Positions 22,788-32,228 of a stretch of 64,000 bases of DNA are shown one piece after another. Source of the stretch: an uncultured delta proteobacterium. GTDB lineage: Bacteria; Desulfobacterota; Desulfobaccia; Desulfobaccales; 0-14-0-80-60-11. Each line of letters opens with the position of its first letter. The first letter of the stretch is position 1. A program made the translations under genes and the position numbers. The stretch lies in NCBI GenBank assembly GCA_963812015.1, contig CAWETI010000002.1, positions 1,184,001 through 1,248,000 of the forward strand. Reading direction: 5' to 3'. The notes beneath the pieces are model-generated. The model was not told the DNA's origin, did no database searches, and saw only the letters and a program-made list of their open reading frames with translations.

Positions 22788-23623
22788 ATAAGGAAATGGT
22801 GAGAATATTTAGGGAAGGGGGCCAGGGACCCAAGGCCCCTGCCCCCTCCCCTAAAACCCCACCCCCCACCCCTTATAGGGGGTTGGGAGGGGAGTTTGAG
22901 GGGAGGGCGGGGGAACTGTCTTCCCACGACCCTCCCCTCAAGTCCTCACGTGGTTCCCGCCCCCTGGCGGTGGTGCTGGCCAGCGGCGGGCTGGACAGTT
23001 GCGTGGCCGCGGCGGTGGCTCGCCGGGACTATAACCTGGCCCTGTTTCATGCCAACTACGGCCAACGCACCCTCACCCGGGAGCTGGAAGCCTTCCGGGC
23101 CCAGGCGGCGTTCTACCAGGCGGCCGCAACCTTAGAGGTTGATCTCAACTACCTGGGGGAGATCGGCGGCTCCAGCCTGACCGACTTCTCCCGGGCGGTG
23201 CCCACCGACGCGGATGAACCGCCGGGAATCCCCTCCACCTATGTGCCGTTCCGCAACACCAATCTGTTGGCCGCGGCGGTGGCCTGGGCCGAAGTCCTGG
23301 GGGCTAAGGCCGTGTTCATCGGCGCCAATGTGCTGGACAACCCCGGCTATCCCGACTGCCGGCCCGAGTATTTTGCGGCGTTCAACCGCCTCATCGAGCT
23401 GGGCACCCGGCCCGAAACCCACCTTGCCATCCACACGCCCCTGATTAACCTGGACAAAGGGGAGATTGTGGGGCTGGGCCTGGAGCTGGGAGCGCCCCTG
23501 GAACTCACCTGGTCGTGTTACCAGGACGATGTCCGGGCCTGCGGCCAGTGCTCCTCCTGCCGTCTGCGCCTCAAGGGTTTTGCCGCCGCGGGCGTCCCCG
23601 ATCCCATCCCTTATCAGCATTGA
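22784..23623 (+). CDS. queC: 7-cyano-7-deazaguanine synthase with a repeat-derived N-terminal insert
   Basis: SGGLDS, YGQR, TYVPFRN, YPDCRPE, TWSCY, CGQCSSC; ATGA overlap with the queE stop. Confidence 0.95.
   Translation: MNKEMVRIFREGGQGPKAPAPSPKTPPPTPYRGLGGEFEGRAGELSSHDPPLKSSRGSRPLAVVLASGGLDSCVAAAVARRDYNLALFHANYGQRTLTRELEAFRAQAAFYQAAATLEVDLNYLGEIGGSSLTDFSRAVPTDADEPPGIPSTYVPFRNTNLLAAAVAWAEVLGAKAVFIGANVLDNPGYPDCRPEYFAAFNRLIELGTRPETHLAIHTPLINLDKGEIVGLGLELGAPLELTWSCYQDDVRACGQCSSCRLRLKGFAAAGVPDPIPYQH
22808..22941 (+). repeat. Three-hairpin palindromic element, family A, copy 1 (inside queC)
   Basis: Core GGGAGGGGAGTTTGAGGGGAGGGCGGGGGA shared with 45301-45434 (inverted) and 54781-54927. Confidence 0.88.
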
Positions 23624-23776
23624 GCCGCGGCTTCGCAGGCAAATTTCTCTGATCTTTTTCTCCCGGGCCTTGCAATGGTGATAATCAAGCTTACTATAAA
23701 CACTGGGCAAGCCGGCAAGACCGGGCAAGCCCCACCGGCAGATGCATGCCGGATCATCCTGAAGGAGGTATGAGCC

Positions 23777-23986
23777 ATGTCAGGTACTAATGTCGCCAGG
23801 GTAACGGAAATTATCGCCGAATCCCCCAAGGGCTTTGATGACGCAATACAGGTGGGGTTCGCCCGGGCCGCCAGCACCCTCAGGGGCATCACCGGCCTGC
23901 GCATCGTGGAGCAGCGGGTTTCCGTCAAGGATAACAAGATCAACACGTACCGGGTGAAGATGGAAGTTATCTTCATTCTGGATTGA
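23777..23986 (+). CDS. Dodecin-family protein
   Basis: VARVTEIIAES.KGFDDAI..G..RA..TLR...YRVKM.V.F.L; AAGGAGG RBS. Confidence 0.92.
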   Translation: MSGTNVARVTEIIAESPKGFDDAIQVGFARAASTLRGITGLRIVEQRVSVKDNKINTYRVKMEVIFILD

Positions 23987-24050
23987 GGCAACCCAACCCC
24001 TCAATTGCCTGAGATGATAGGGATTGCTGTGAGGGGCAGCGTATGCATTG

Positions 24051-25073
24051 ATGCTCTCTTTGGACGGTTCTTACGGCGAAGGGGGCGGGCAGATCCTGCG
24101 CACCGCCCTCTCTCTGGCCGCCTTAACGGGGGCGCCGGTCCGGATCGAGCGTATCCGGGCCAGGCGCTCCAAGCCGGGGCTCAGGCCCCAGCACCTCACC
24201 GCAGTCCAGGCCGTGGCCCGGGTTTGTCAGGCGGAAGTCACCGGGGCCGACCTGGGCAGTCAGGAACTCAGCTTCAGGCCCCAAGCCCCCCAGGGGGGCC
24301 GCTATCTTTTCGACGTGGCGGCCAAGACCCGGAGCGCCGGGGCCGTCAGTCTCATCGCCCAGGCTTTGCTGGCCCCCCTGCTCAAGGCCGGGACCCCCGC
24401 CACCGTCATCCTCAGAGGGGGCACCCACGTCCCCTGGAGTCCCCCAGCCCACTACCTCAGCCATGTCTTTCTCCCCGCCCTGGCCGCGCTGGGCGCGGAG
24501 GTGAAGCTGACCCTGGAACGCTGGGGCTGGTATCCCCAGGGGGGCGGCGAGATGCGCCTGGACATCCGGCCGGCCCCAACCCTGGCTGGGGTTTCGTGGC
24601 GCACTCCGTCTTTGTCCCCTCCCTTCCAGGCCCTGTCCGCGGCCGCCAACCTGCCGGAGCACGTGGCCAGGCGGCAGGCGGCCAGACTCACGGCCCGCCT
24701 GGGGGAGGCGGTGCCGGTGGCCATCGTCCCCGCCGGGGGCCGGGACCCGGGCAGCCTGGTCTTTATCTGGGGGCCCCAGGCGGGTTTTGCCGCGCTGGGG
24801 GCCCGGGGCAAACCCGCGGAGCAGGTGGCGGACGAAGCCGCGGACGCCTACCTGGCCTTTCGGGCCAGCGGCGCCGCCCTGGACCGCCACCTGGCCGACC
24901 AGATCGTCCTCTACCTGGCCCTGGCGCAGGGTCCCTCCGCCTTCACCACCGAAGCCGTCACCTCGCATCTCCTCACCAACGTCTGGGTCATCGAGCAGTT
25001 CCTGGGGCCGACTTTTCAGATCAAGGGAGGCCTGGGGGAGCGAGGGGAGATTTTTTGCCAGGGGCAAAAGTAG
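24051..25073 (+). CDS. rtcA: RNA 3'-terminal phosphate cyclase
   Basis: DGSYGEGGGQILRT, KPGLRPQHL, GWYPQGGG, DRHLADQ, TSHLLTN. Confidence 0.96.
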   Translation: MLSLDGSYGEGGGQILRTALSLAALTGAPVRIERIRARRSKPGLRPQHLTAVQAVARVCQAEVTGADLGSQELSFRPQAPQGGRYLFDVAAKTRSAGAVSLIAQALLAPLLKAGTPATVILRGGTHVPWSPPAHYLSHVFLPALAALGAEVKLTLERWGWYPQGGGEMRLDIRPAPTLAGVSWRTPSLSPPFQALSAAANLPEHVARRQAARLTARLGEAVPVAIVPAGGRDPGSLVFIWGPQAGFAALGARGKPAEQVADEAADAYLAFRASGAALDRHLADQIVLYLALAQGPSAFTTEAVTSHLLTNVWVIEQFLGPTFQIKGGLGERGEIFCQGQK

Positions 25074-25115
25074 GTCCGGATGGGTGGGGACGTGACCCGG
25101 GTGATGGTCCAGAAT

Positions 25116-25312
25116 AGGAGCGGACACGCAGGTCCGCCCCTACGCCCCCCTCACCCCAGCTTTCTCCCCCCAAAAGCGGGGGGAGAGGAGGTTTAAGGAA
25201 CACAGGCTGGAAGCCTGTGCCACCAGAAAATACCTAGCGGGCAGGCCCACCCTATATCCTGGAAGCCTATGCCACTAAGAAGCATAGGGCGGACACGTGG
25301 GTCCGCCCCTAC
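25116..25312. repeat. Mosaic of REP-like hairpins from several families between convergent genes
   Basis: GCGGACAC..GTCCGCCCCTAC twice, CCCTCACCCC..GGGAGAGG, CACAGGCTGGAAGCCTGTGCCACC and GCCCACCCTA units. Confidence 0.8.
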
Positions 25313-26703
25313 GGCGTTGGGGGGGATTCCGGCGTTGGGAATAGGTCCTTCAGGCCCAGGGCCAGGAGGAGGGCGACGGTGGGGGTGAGGTGGAGGAGCA
25401 GGCGGTCCAGGGTGGCCCGGACGTAGGCGGGGAACTCGGCGGCGGCGGTGGGGGCCACGGCGTAGGCCAGGATGATGGCCACCAGATTCCCCCCCACAAA
25501 GAGGGCCAGGAAGAGCATGGGGGAGCGCCACAGGCGCTTTCCCGCCAAGATCAGGGCCAGGGCCAGGGCCGGCCAGAGAAACCCGAAGTAGAAGGGGTCC
25601 AGCAGCCCGGCGAAGAGGTAGCGGACGGCCTGGAGCATCTGGTGGGGATAAAAGCTCTGGATGTGGTCAGCGCCGATTTCCAGTTTGTGCTGGACGGTGA
25701 AGAGCCGCCAGGGGAGGTAGCCGGCGACCAGTCCGGCCAGGAGGACGGTCAAATGGCCCAGGCGGCGGAGCCAACCCGCCGGGCGCAGCCAGACCAGGGT
25801 CAAGGCCGCGGCCAGGATCAGGGTGGCGGCCAGGGGCGGGCCTTCATACTTGCACCAGGCCATACCCGCCAGACAGCAGGCCGCCAGGGACAGGCTGCCC
25901 CGGGGGGCGGCGTCGGCCAGCCAGAGGTAGATCAGGGCCGCGCCTGACAGGGTAAAGAAGGCCAGGGGCAGGTCGGCGTAGGCGATATACAGGTGGACGA
26001 TGAAGACGGTGCCGTTCAAGGCCAGGAAGGCGGCGAGGCCCAGGGCCCGGCGGCGGCTCAGGCCCAGCCGGCCTGCCACGGAATAGACCAGACCCAGAAT
26101 CAGCGCCCCCCAGAGGGGGAAAATGCCCTGGGCCAGGGAATCGTTCACCTGGCCCAGGGCGAAGTAAAGATAGCTCAGGAGGAGGGGGATAAGGTTGGGG
26201 TAATAGTTGTGGGCCTCAATGCAGGTCAGATCCAGGCCCTGGCTGGTATAGAAGATTTTGGCTTTGCAGCCCCAGGTGGCCAGGGCATCCCAGGCCCACA
26301 GGGGGTAGAGCGCGGCCCGGGGCAGGGCATAGAGAAACACCAGCCCCAGCAGCGAAAGGTAGAGCCAGTCCCAGCCGTGGAGGGCAGGTCGGGGGCGAAC
26401 CCGGAAGGCTTTAACCTCGTCCCGGAGGGCCCGGCGGCCCCGGGGGGACAGGAACAGGGCGGCGGCCAGGGCCAGGAGCGGCCCTAAAATCCGCCCCAGA
26501 CCGAAGGGACTCCCCCACCAGGTTAAGGCCAGCATCCAGAAGGTGAGGACCAGGGCGCCGACCCCGAAGCTCAAAGCGGCCCGCTCCCACAGAGTGAAAT
26601 CCCGGGGCCGGGGGGCCACAAGGACGATCCCGGCATACCCCAGGCAGAAGACGGCTCCCAGCCCCAGGAACAGGCGCGCCAGGGTGGTCACGGTCTCAAT
26701 CAT
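25309..26703 (-). CDS. Multi-TM membrane protein, GT-C (GT39/PMT-like) glycosyltransferase candidate
   Basis: About 12 TMs; WAWDALATW..KAK, YPNLIP, AYADLP and KYEG motifs; downstream of a polyprenol-type GT2. Confidence 0.7.
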   Translation of the reverse strand: MIETVTTLARLFLGLGAVFCLGYAGIVLVAPRPRDFTLWERAALSFGVGALVLTFWMLALTWWGSPFGLGRILGPLLALAAALFLSPRGRRALRDEVKAFRVRPRPALHGWDWLYLSLLGLVFLYALPRAALYPLWAWDALATWGCKAKIFYTSQGLDLTCIEAHNYYPNLIPLLLSYLYFALGQVNDSLAQGIFPLWGALILGLVYSVAGRLGLSRRRALGLAAFLALNGTVFIVHLYIAYADLPLAFFTLSGAALIYLWLADAAPRGSLSLAACCLAGMAWCKYEGPPLAATLILAAALTLVWLRPAGWLRRLGHLTVLLAGLVAGYLPWRLFTVQHKLEIGADHIQSFYPHQMLQAVRYLFAGLLDPFYFGFLWPALALALILAGKRLWRSPMLFLALFVGGNLVAIILAYAVAPTAAAEFPAYVRATLDRLLLHLTPTVALLLALGLKDLFPTPESPPTP

Positions 26704-27205
26704 AGAAGCCCCATTTCAAGAGGTCGGCATCCACCCGGAAGACCAGACCAGGCCCCGGGAGATTTACCCGGTGAAAGGCGGGGGAGCGGAGGGCGGCCCG
26801 GACCCCGGGACCCAAAGGCCCGGCGGACTCCCGGATGAGGAGAAAGGAGGCGTGTTCCTGGTGGAGCGTATAAAAGAGAAAACCGGCGGGAATATCCGGG
26901 GGCAGGAGGATATGCCGCCGGGGCGCCAGGTGATAGCGGATCTCGATTTCTTTGCCGGCGGCGTAATCATCCAGGAAGACGTAAGTGGCGTGCTCAGGGA
27001 TGACGGCCTGGAGCCCGGCGGCCCAGTGGTACAGCGGCTCTTCCTGCCGGATGGCGGCGCCCACGTCCCGGCGGGCCAGCCTTTGGGCCAGGTCTTGCAC
27101 CTCGGGCCCAAAATACCAGATCAGCCAGATGATTTGCAGGCCCCAGAGAGCGAGGATCAACCTCACCAACCAGAGCCGCCAGGTTTTATACCGAGTTGCG
27201 ATCAC
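26696..27205 (-). CDS. Hypothetical membrane-anchored protein
   Basis: Single N-terminal TM, IRYHLAPR motif, overlaps the next gene; start uncertain. Confidence 0.65.
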   Translation of the reverse strand: MIATRYKTWRLWLVRLILALWGLQIIWLIWYFGPEVQDLAQRLARRDVGAAIRQEEPLYHWAAGLQAVIPEHATYVFLDDYAAGKEIEIRYHLAPRRHILLPPDIPAGFLFYTLHQEHASFLLIRESAGPLGPGVRAALRSPAFHRVNLPGPGLVFRVDADLLKWGFYD

Positions 27206-27384
27206 AATGCTCTTATGGGTAGCCGCAGGCTTCAGGCTGCGCCGGCACCGGCGAGAGGCCCAGGCCACCGGTGTGACGGTGACCCGGGATTACCCACGGT
27301 CATGGTATTGACAGGAGGCGGAGCGGCAACGGGAACCTGACCGGGCCAGCCCCGAGCTTTCCCGGCTCCAGGCGTCCACCTCGC

Positions 27385-28074
27385 TCAATCCGCGAATTTA
27401 AAGCGGATGATATGGTAGATGGCGGCGATGCCGTCCCGCCAGGTGATCTTTTTCCCGGCGGCGTAGTCCCGGCCATGGTATTGGATGGGCACCTCGTAGA
27501 TGCGCCAGCGCTTTTTGGCGATCTTGGCGGTGAGCTCCGGCTCCACTCCGAAACGGTCGCACTCGATCTTCATCCCCTTGAGCACCTCGGCTCTGAATAC
27601 CTTGTATCCCACCTCCATGTCGGACAGATTCAGGTTGGTGAACATATTGGACAGGGTGGTCACCGCCCGGTTGCCCATGTAGTGCCAGAAGAACAGGACC
27701 CGGTGGGGCCGGCCGCCCACCATCCGGCTGCCGTACACCACGTCGGCCACGTCCTGTTCGATGGGTTCCAGCAGAGAGGGGTAATCGCCGGGGCGGTACT
27801 CCAGGTCGGCGTCCTGGATGATGACCACATCCCCGGTCACCTGGGCAAAGCCGGTGCGCAGGGCCGCGCCTTTGCCCTGATTGCGCTCGTGATAAAAGGC
27901 CCTGACGTTTTCATACTCCTGGGTCAGCCGGGCCAGGATATCCCGGGAACCGTCGGTGGAGGCGTCATCCACCGCGATGATTTCCTTATCATAGGGCGTC
28001 GCCTGGACCAGGCGGAAGATCTCTTCCAGGGTGGCCTTCTCGTTATAAATCGGAATGACGATACTCAGCTTCAT
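27385..28074 (-). CDS. GT2 polyprenol-phosphate glycosyltransferase (DPM1-like)
   Basis: LSIVIPIYNE, VDDASTDG, NQGKGAA, IQDADLEY, DMEVGYK. Confidence 0.92.
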   Translation of the reverse strand: MKLSIVIPIYNEKATLEEIFRLVQATPYDKEIIAVDDASTDGSRDILARLTQEYENVRAFYHERNQGKGAALRTGFAQVTGDVVIIQDADLEYRPGDYPSLLEPIEQDVADVVYGSRMVGGRPHRVLFFWHYMGNRAVTTLSNMFTNLNLSDMEVGYKVFRAEVLKGMKIECDRFGVEPELTAKIAKKRWRIYEVPIQYHGRDYAAGKKITWRDGIAAIYHIIRFKFAD

Positions 28075-28183
28075 GCGGCATGCTCCCCTGTGATAATCTC
28101 TTAACAATATACCTTCAATACCGGGAAAACGTTAATTTTTTTCGCGGGGAAAAATACGCAAAGGTGGAATGGCCGGGGCGGGG

Positions 28184-29158
28184 TTAGCCGCCGATGCTGA
28201 CCATGGCCCGGGGGGGCCGGGGAGAGACCAGGGCGGCGCCGGGGGAGACGCAGCCTTTGAGGCGGATGGCTTCCCGGAAGAGCTGGGCCAGGGTTGCGTC
28301 GGAGGCGCCCTGGCGCAACGGGGTTTTGAGATCCAACTCGGGCGCGGCAAAGAGACACGGCCGCAGCCAGCCGGCGGCGTTGAGACGCAGGCGGTTGCAG
28401 GTGGGGCAGTGATGATCGCTGACAGAGCTGATGAAACCCAACTCTCCCGAAAACCCCGGCAATCTGAAGGTCCGGGCGGGGCCGGCGGTGGTTGAGGAGG
28501 TGACGGCTTCCAGGGGGCCCAGCCCGGCCAGCCGCCGGCGGATTTCGGCCAGGGGCAGGAAGTGGCGGCGCCAGCGCGCCTCATCCACGGTGGGCATGAA
28601 CTCGATGAAGCGCACCTGGAAAGGATGCTCCCGGGTCAGCAGGGCGAAGTCCAGGAGTTCGTCGTCGTTGAGGTCTTTTAAGACTACGCAGTTGATTTTG
28701 ATGGGGTGGAACCCCAGGGTAGCGGCGAGTTCGAGGCCGGCCATGACGTCGCCGAAATGGTCCTGTCCGGTGATTTCCCGGTAGCGTTCCGGACGCAGGG
28801 TATCCAGGCTGAGGTTGAGGTGCCGCAAGCCGGTGGCGTAGAGCTCAGGGGCCAGCTCCGCCAGGCGCACGCCGTTGGTTGTGAGGCAGACTTCCTCGAT
28901 GCCGGGAACCTGGTGGAGGCGTTGGATGAACTCCGGGGCGCCTTTGCGCACCAGGGGCTCGCCGCCGGTGACCCGAATCTTCTTGATGCCCACCGACGCG
29001 GCCACCCCGGCCAGGTGCAGCAGCTCTTCGTAGCGCAGGATCTCCTGGCACGGCAGTTTCTGCCAATCCCCCCAGGGGGTGCAGTAGAAGCAGCGGAGAT
29101 TGCAGCGGTCGGTGATGGAAACCCGCAGGTAATTGATCTGGCCTGGCATATGATCCAC
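28184..29158 (-). CDS. moaA: GTP 3',8-cyclase (molybdopterin biosynthesis)
   Basis: YLRVSITDRCNLRCFYC, TGGEP, RFIEFMP, CPTCNRLRL...PCLF, terminal IGG. Confidence 0.97.
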   Translation of the reverse strand: MDHMPGQINYLRVSITDRCNLRCFYCTPWGDWQKLPCQEILRYEELLHLAGVAASVGIKKIRVTGGEPLVRKGAPEFIQRLHQVPGIEEVCLTTNGVRLAELAPELYATGLRHLNLSLDTLRPERYREITGQDHFGDVMAGLELAATLGFHPIKINCVVLKDLNDDELLDFALLTREHPFQVRFIEFMPTVDEARWRRHFLPLAEIRRRLAGLGPLEAVTSSTTAGPARTFRLPGFSGELGFISSVSDHHCPTCNRLRLNAAGWLRPCLFAAPELDLKTPLRQGASDATLAQLFREAIRLKGCVSPGAALVSPRPPRAMVSIGG

Positions 29159-29271
29159 TGGAATAATTATACCCTAAATCAGCGCGATTACCTGCCCCGG
29201 GGTGAGGATTTATTTCGGGTGCAGCCGCGGCCTGGCGCCGGCCTTCAGGGAGAAGCCGGGCCGGTCATGGA

Positions 29272-29406
29272 CTACAACCTATTTTACAAAAGGTTTATTG
29301 TGTCAGCCTGAGCGTCCGCGAAGGGTTTAGGTTATTGGAAAGACTAGATTCTTCGCTGCGCTCAGAATGACCAACTGGCGAAAAAGAGGTTTTGCAATAG
29401 GTTCTA
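29272..29406. mobile_element. MITE-like element with nested inverted repeats
   Basis: Ends CTACAACCTATTTTACAAAA / TTTTGCAATAGGTTCTAG; internal pair GTCAGCCTGAGCG..GCGAAG and AGATTCTTCGCTGCGCTCAGAATGAC. Confidence 0.6.
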
Positions 29407-29931
29407 GTCCACCTGGAAATCCGTGCGGTCCTGGGCCGTGCCGTAGCCCGTACTGATCTTGGTGATCAACTGGTAGATGCCGGGGGCCGCGGTGGCCGGC
29501 AAGGTGAAATCGATTTCCTGGGTCCAGGTGCCGTTGAGTCGGCGGCTCTCGATACTCTTGGTTCTCCCCAGGGATTTCCCCTGGCAGAAAATCTCCCGGG
29601 TAATGGCCACCGGCATGGCCACCTGCTCCGGGGTGAGAATGGTGTAGGTGGTGCTCAACAGCAGGGTGTCACCTCTCCGGGCCTGGTTGGGCCTGACCGT
29701 GACGCTATCCAGGCGGAGGACGCAGCCGCCGGTGGGGCAGTACCCTTCCCGGGCGATGAGGTCCTCCCGGCCCATGCGGCTTTCTTCCTGGCCGTTTCCC
29801 CAAATGCCAAAGGTAAACGTATAATCGTCCAGGGGCCCGGATCGCCCCTGGGGCACCGAGATAACCAGGCAAAATCCCAACCACAAGAGCACGCCCAACC
29901 CTACCCGATAGCGATACCGGTGTTTCTGCAT
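29404..29931 (-). CDS. Secreted hypothetical protein (Ig-like beta C-terminus)
   Basis: Basic plus hydrophobic signal peptide, LP.TA.PG.Y motif, follows the NlpC/P60 gene. Confidence 0.7.
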   Translation of the reverse strand: MQKHRYRYRVGLGVLLWLGFCLVISVPQGRSGPLDDYTFTFGIWGNGQEESRMGREDLIAREGYCPTGGCVLRLDSVTVRPNQARRGDTLLLSTTYTILTPEQVAMPVAITREIFCQGKSLGRTKSIESRRLNGTWTQEIDFTLPATAAPGIYQLITKISTGYGTAQDRTDFQVD

Positions 29932-29962
29932 AGAGGCCTCCAGAGCCTTGGTATTTACAAGA

Positions 29963-30520
29963 TTAATTGCCGCCGGGAAGATAGCGCCGGGCCCCCCGGT
30001 ACGAGACTCGCCAAACCTCGGCGTCCAGGCGGCTGATGAACACCCCCCGGGGGGAAGCATGCAGGAACCGGCCCCCGCCCAGGTAGAAGCCGTTGTGGCA
30101 CACCTCGTCCTGATAGCCCGGGGAGAGGAGGTCGGCCATAAAGACGTCCCGGCCCTGGGTCTGGCAGTAGCGGTTGAAGAAGACCACGTCGCCGAAGTGC
30201 AGGTCGCGGCGATCCACCGGGGCGCCTTCCTGGTACTGCTGGGCCACGGTGCGGGGCAGGTTCACCCCCGCCCGTTGATACAGGGCCTGGACCAACCCGG
30301 AGCAATCCACCCCGGCGGGTGTGGACCCCCCGGAGCGGTAAGGGGCGCCGTAGAAGTCACCCAGGGCCTGCTCCAGGGCCATCTCCCGGGGACTGCGGCC
30401 CGGGGCGGGCAGCGGGGCCACGGGTCCCAGGGGCGGTGGCGGCGGCGGGGCCCCGGCGCAGCCCGCCAGCAACAAGGCTGCGCTCAGAACGACTCCCAAG
30501 ATGCGACATGTGGCGCCCAT
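29963..30520 (-). CDS. NlpC/P60 (C40) cell-wall peptidase lipoprotein
   Basis: Lipobox LAGC, G.PY..GG, DCSG, LPRT, GDVVFF, H.G.YLG.G.FLHAS. Confidence 0.93.
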   Translation of the reverse strand: MGATCRILGVVLSAALLLAGCAGAPPPPPPLGPVAPLPAPGRSPREMALEQALGDFYGAPYRSGGSTPAGVDCSGLVQALYQRAGVNLPRTVAQQYQEGAPVDRRDLHFGDVVFFNRYCQTQGRDVFMADLLSPGYQDEVCHNGFYLGGGRFLHASPRGVFISRLDAEVWRVSYRGARRYLPGGN

Positions 30521-30581
30521 AGCACCTCCAGCCGGGATGGTATGGAGCAAAACCGGCACCAGCGGTCCCTGACGATAACCC

Positions 30582-32126
30582 TTACTTTGCCACCTTGGCT
30601 TCGGTTTCGATCCGGGGAAACAGGGCCGGACCTTGGGCCAGGCGGCTGCCGGGGGCCAGTTGGCCCCATCTGAGCACCTGGGGCAGGGGGTGATCCCACA
30701 GGGCCGCCCCCAGGCCCAGTTGTTCGCTCATCTTCAGGGCGCTCCCGGGCATTACCGGCCGGAGCAGCGCCGCAATCCACCGTAATCCTTCCAGAAGATG
30801 GTACAGGACCGTATCCAACCGGCCGGCGGCCTCCGGTTGTTTGGCCAGTTCCCAGGGGGCCGCGGCCACGATATAGCGGTTGAGGAGACTGATGATTTCC
30901 CACAGCCCGGCCAGGGCGCGGCCGAACTCCAGCCCCGGGAACAGGCGGAGGAAGTTCGCGGCCATGTCCTGAATGGCGGTGACGATTTCTTGATCCAGGG
31001 GTTCAGGGACCCCCGGGGGCGGCACCACGCCTTGGCGGTATTTAAAGGCCATGCCCAGGCTGCGGGCGAAGAGATTGCCCAGGTCATTGGCCAGGTCGGC
31101 ATTGATCCGGGCGGTCAGGGCCGCCTCACTGAAGTGGGCGTCCAGCCCAAAGACCATCTCCCGGAGGAAGAAGTAGCGGACCTGGTCCACGCCGAAGCTG
31201 GCGGCCAAAGCCCTGGGCTCCACCACGTTGCCCAGGCTCTTGGACATTTTGCCTGCCGCCATCTGCCAGAAGCCGTGGACGTTGAGGTTTTGGAAGACCT
31301 CCACCCCCATGGCTTTCAACATGGTGGGCCAATAGATGGCGTGGGGTTTGAGAATGTCCTTGGCGATGAGATGCTGGGCGGGCCAGAATTTTTTGTAAGC
31401 CTCGCCTGCCGGGTAGTTCAGGCCCGTGAGATAGTTGATGAGGGCGTCGAACCAGACGTAGGTGACGTAGCGGTCGTCGAAGGGCAGGGTGATGCCCCAA
31501 TCCATGCGGCTCTTGGGGCGGGAGATGCACAGGTCCTCCAGGGGTTCCTTGAGGAAGGCCAGCATCTCGTTTTTGTAGCGCTCCGGCCGGATCCAGTCAG
31601 GGTGGGTGTTAATCTGGTGGATGAGCCAGTCCTGGTATTTGCTCATGCGGAAGAAGTAGTTCTCTTCCTTGAGATAGGTGGGGGCCACCTTGTGGTCCGG
31701 GCAGAGGCCGTCCACCAGGTCCCGTTCCAGGTAAAAGCACTCGCAGCCGAAGCAATAGAGCCCGCCGTACTCCCCGAAATAGATGTCCCCGGCGGCGTGC
31801 ACCCGGCTCAAGATTTCCTGCACCACCCGCACATGGTCCGGGTCGGTGGTGCGGATGTAGCGGTCGTAGCTGACGTCCAGGTCGTCCCAGGATTGGCGGA
31901 AGCGGGCGCTGATCTGGTCCACGAACTCTTTGACCGGGAGACCCACGGCCGCGGCCGCGTCCAGGACCTTGTCGCCGTGCTCGTCAGTGCCGGTCTGAAA
32001 GCGGACCTCCTCCCCCAGGAGACGGTGGAAGCGGGCCAGGGCATCGGCCACCACCGTGGTGTAGGCGTGGCCGATGTGGGGCTCGGCATTGACGTAATAG
32101 ATGGGCGTGGTGAGGTAAATGGTCAT
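30582..32126 (-). CDS. metG: Methionine--tRNA ligase (short form without the C-terminal Trbp domain)
   Basis: TTPIYYVN..PHIGH, TGTDEHG, YVWFDAL, KMSKS, LFPRI. Confidence 0.98.
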   Translation of the reverse strand: MTIYLTTPIYYVNAEPHIGHAYTTVVADALARFHRLLGEEVRFQTGTDEHGDKVLDAAAAVGLPVKEFVDQISARFRQSWDDLDVSYDRYIRTTDPDHVRVVQEILSRVHAAGDIYFGEYGGLYCFGCECFYLERDLVDGLCPDHKVAPTYLKEENYFFRMSKYQDWLIHQINTHPDWIRPERYKNEMLAFLKEPLEDLCISRPKSRMDWGITLPFDDRYVTYVWFDALINYLTGLNYPAGEAYKKFWPAQHLIAKDILKPHAIYWPTMLKAMGVEVFQNLNVHGFWQMAAGKMSKSLGNVVEPRALAASFGVDQVRYFFLREMVFGLDAHFSEAALTARINADLANDLGNLFARSLGMAFKYRQGVVPPPGVPEPLDQEIVTAIQDMAANFLRLFPGLEFGRALAGLWEIISLLNRYIVAAAPWELAKQPEAAGRLDTVLYHLLEGLRWIAALLRPVMPGSALKMSEQLGLGAALWDHPLPQVLRWGQLAPGSRLAQGPALFPRIETEAKVAK

Positions 32127-32129
32127 AGG

Positions 32130-32227
32130 CAGTAGTCAGTATTCAGTAGTCAGTTTGAGGCATCTAAACGTTATCAGCGCTTTCCAGCGACACGTGAAGC
32201 ACCTTGTCACTGGCCACCGGCCACTGT
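32130..32227. repeat. Inverted arrays of heptamer repeats
   Basis: CAGTAGT/CAGTATT units on the left, CACTGGC/CACCGGC/CACTG units on the right. Confidence 0.5.
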
Positions 32228-32228
32228 T

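Noticed and set aside
23777..25073. Dodecin-rtcA as an RNA-repair system
   Set aside because: No rtcB or rtcR nearby; adjacency alone is not evidence.
25116..25312. CRISPR-like array
   Set aside because: The units are heterogeneous palindromes with irregular spacing, and there are no cas genes.
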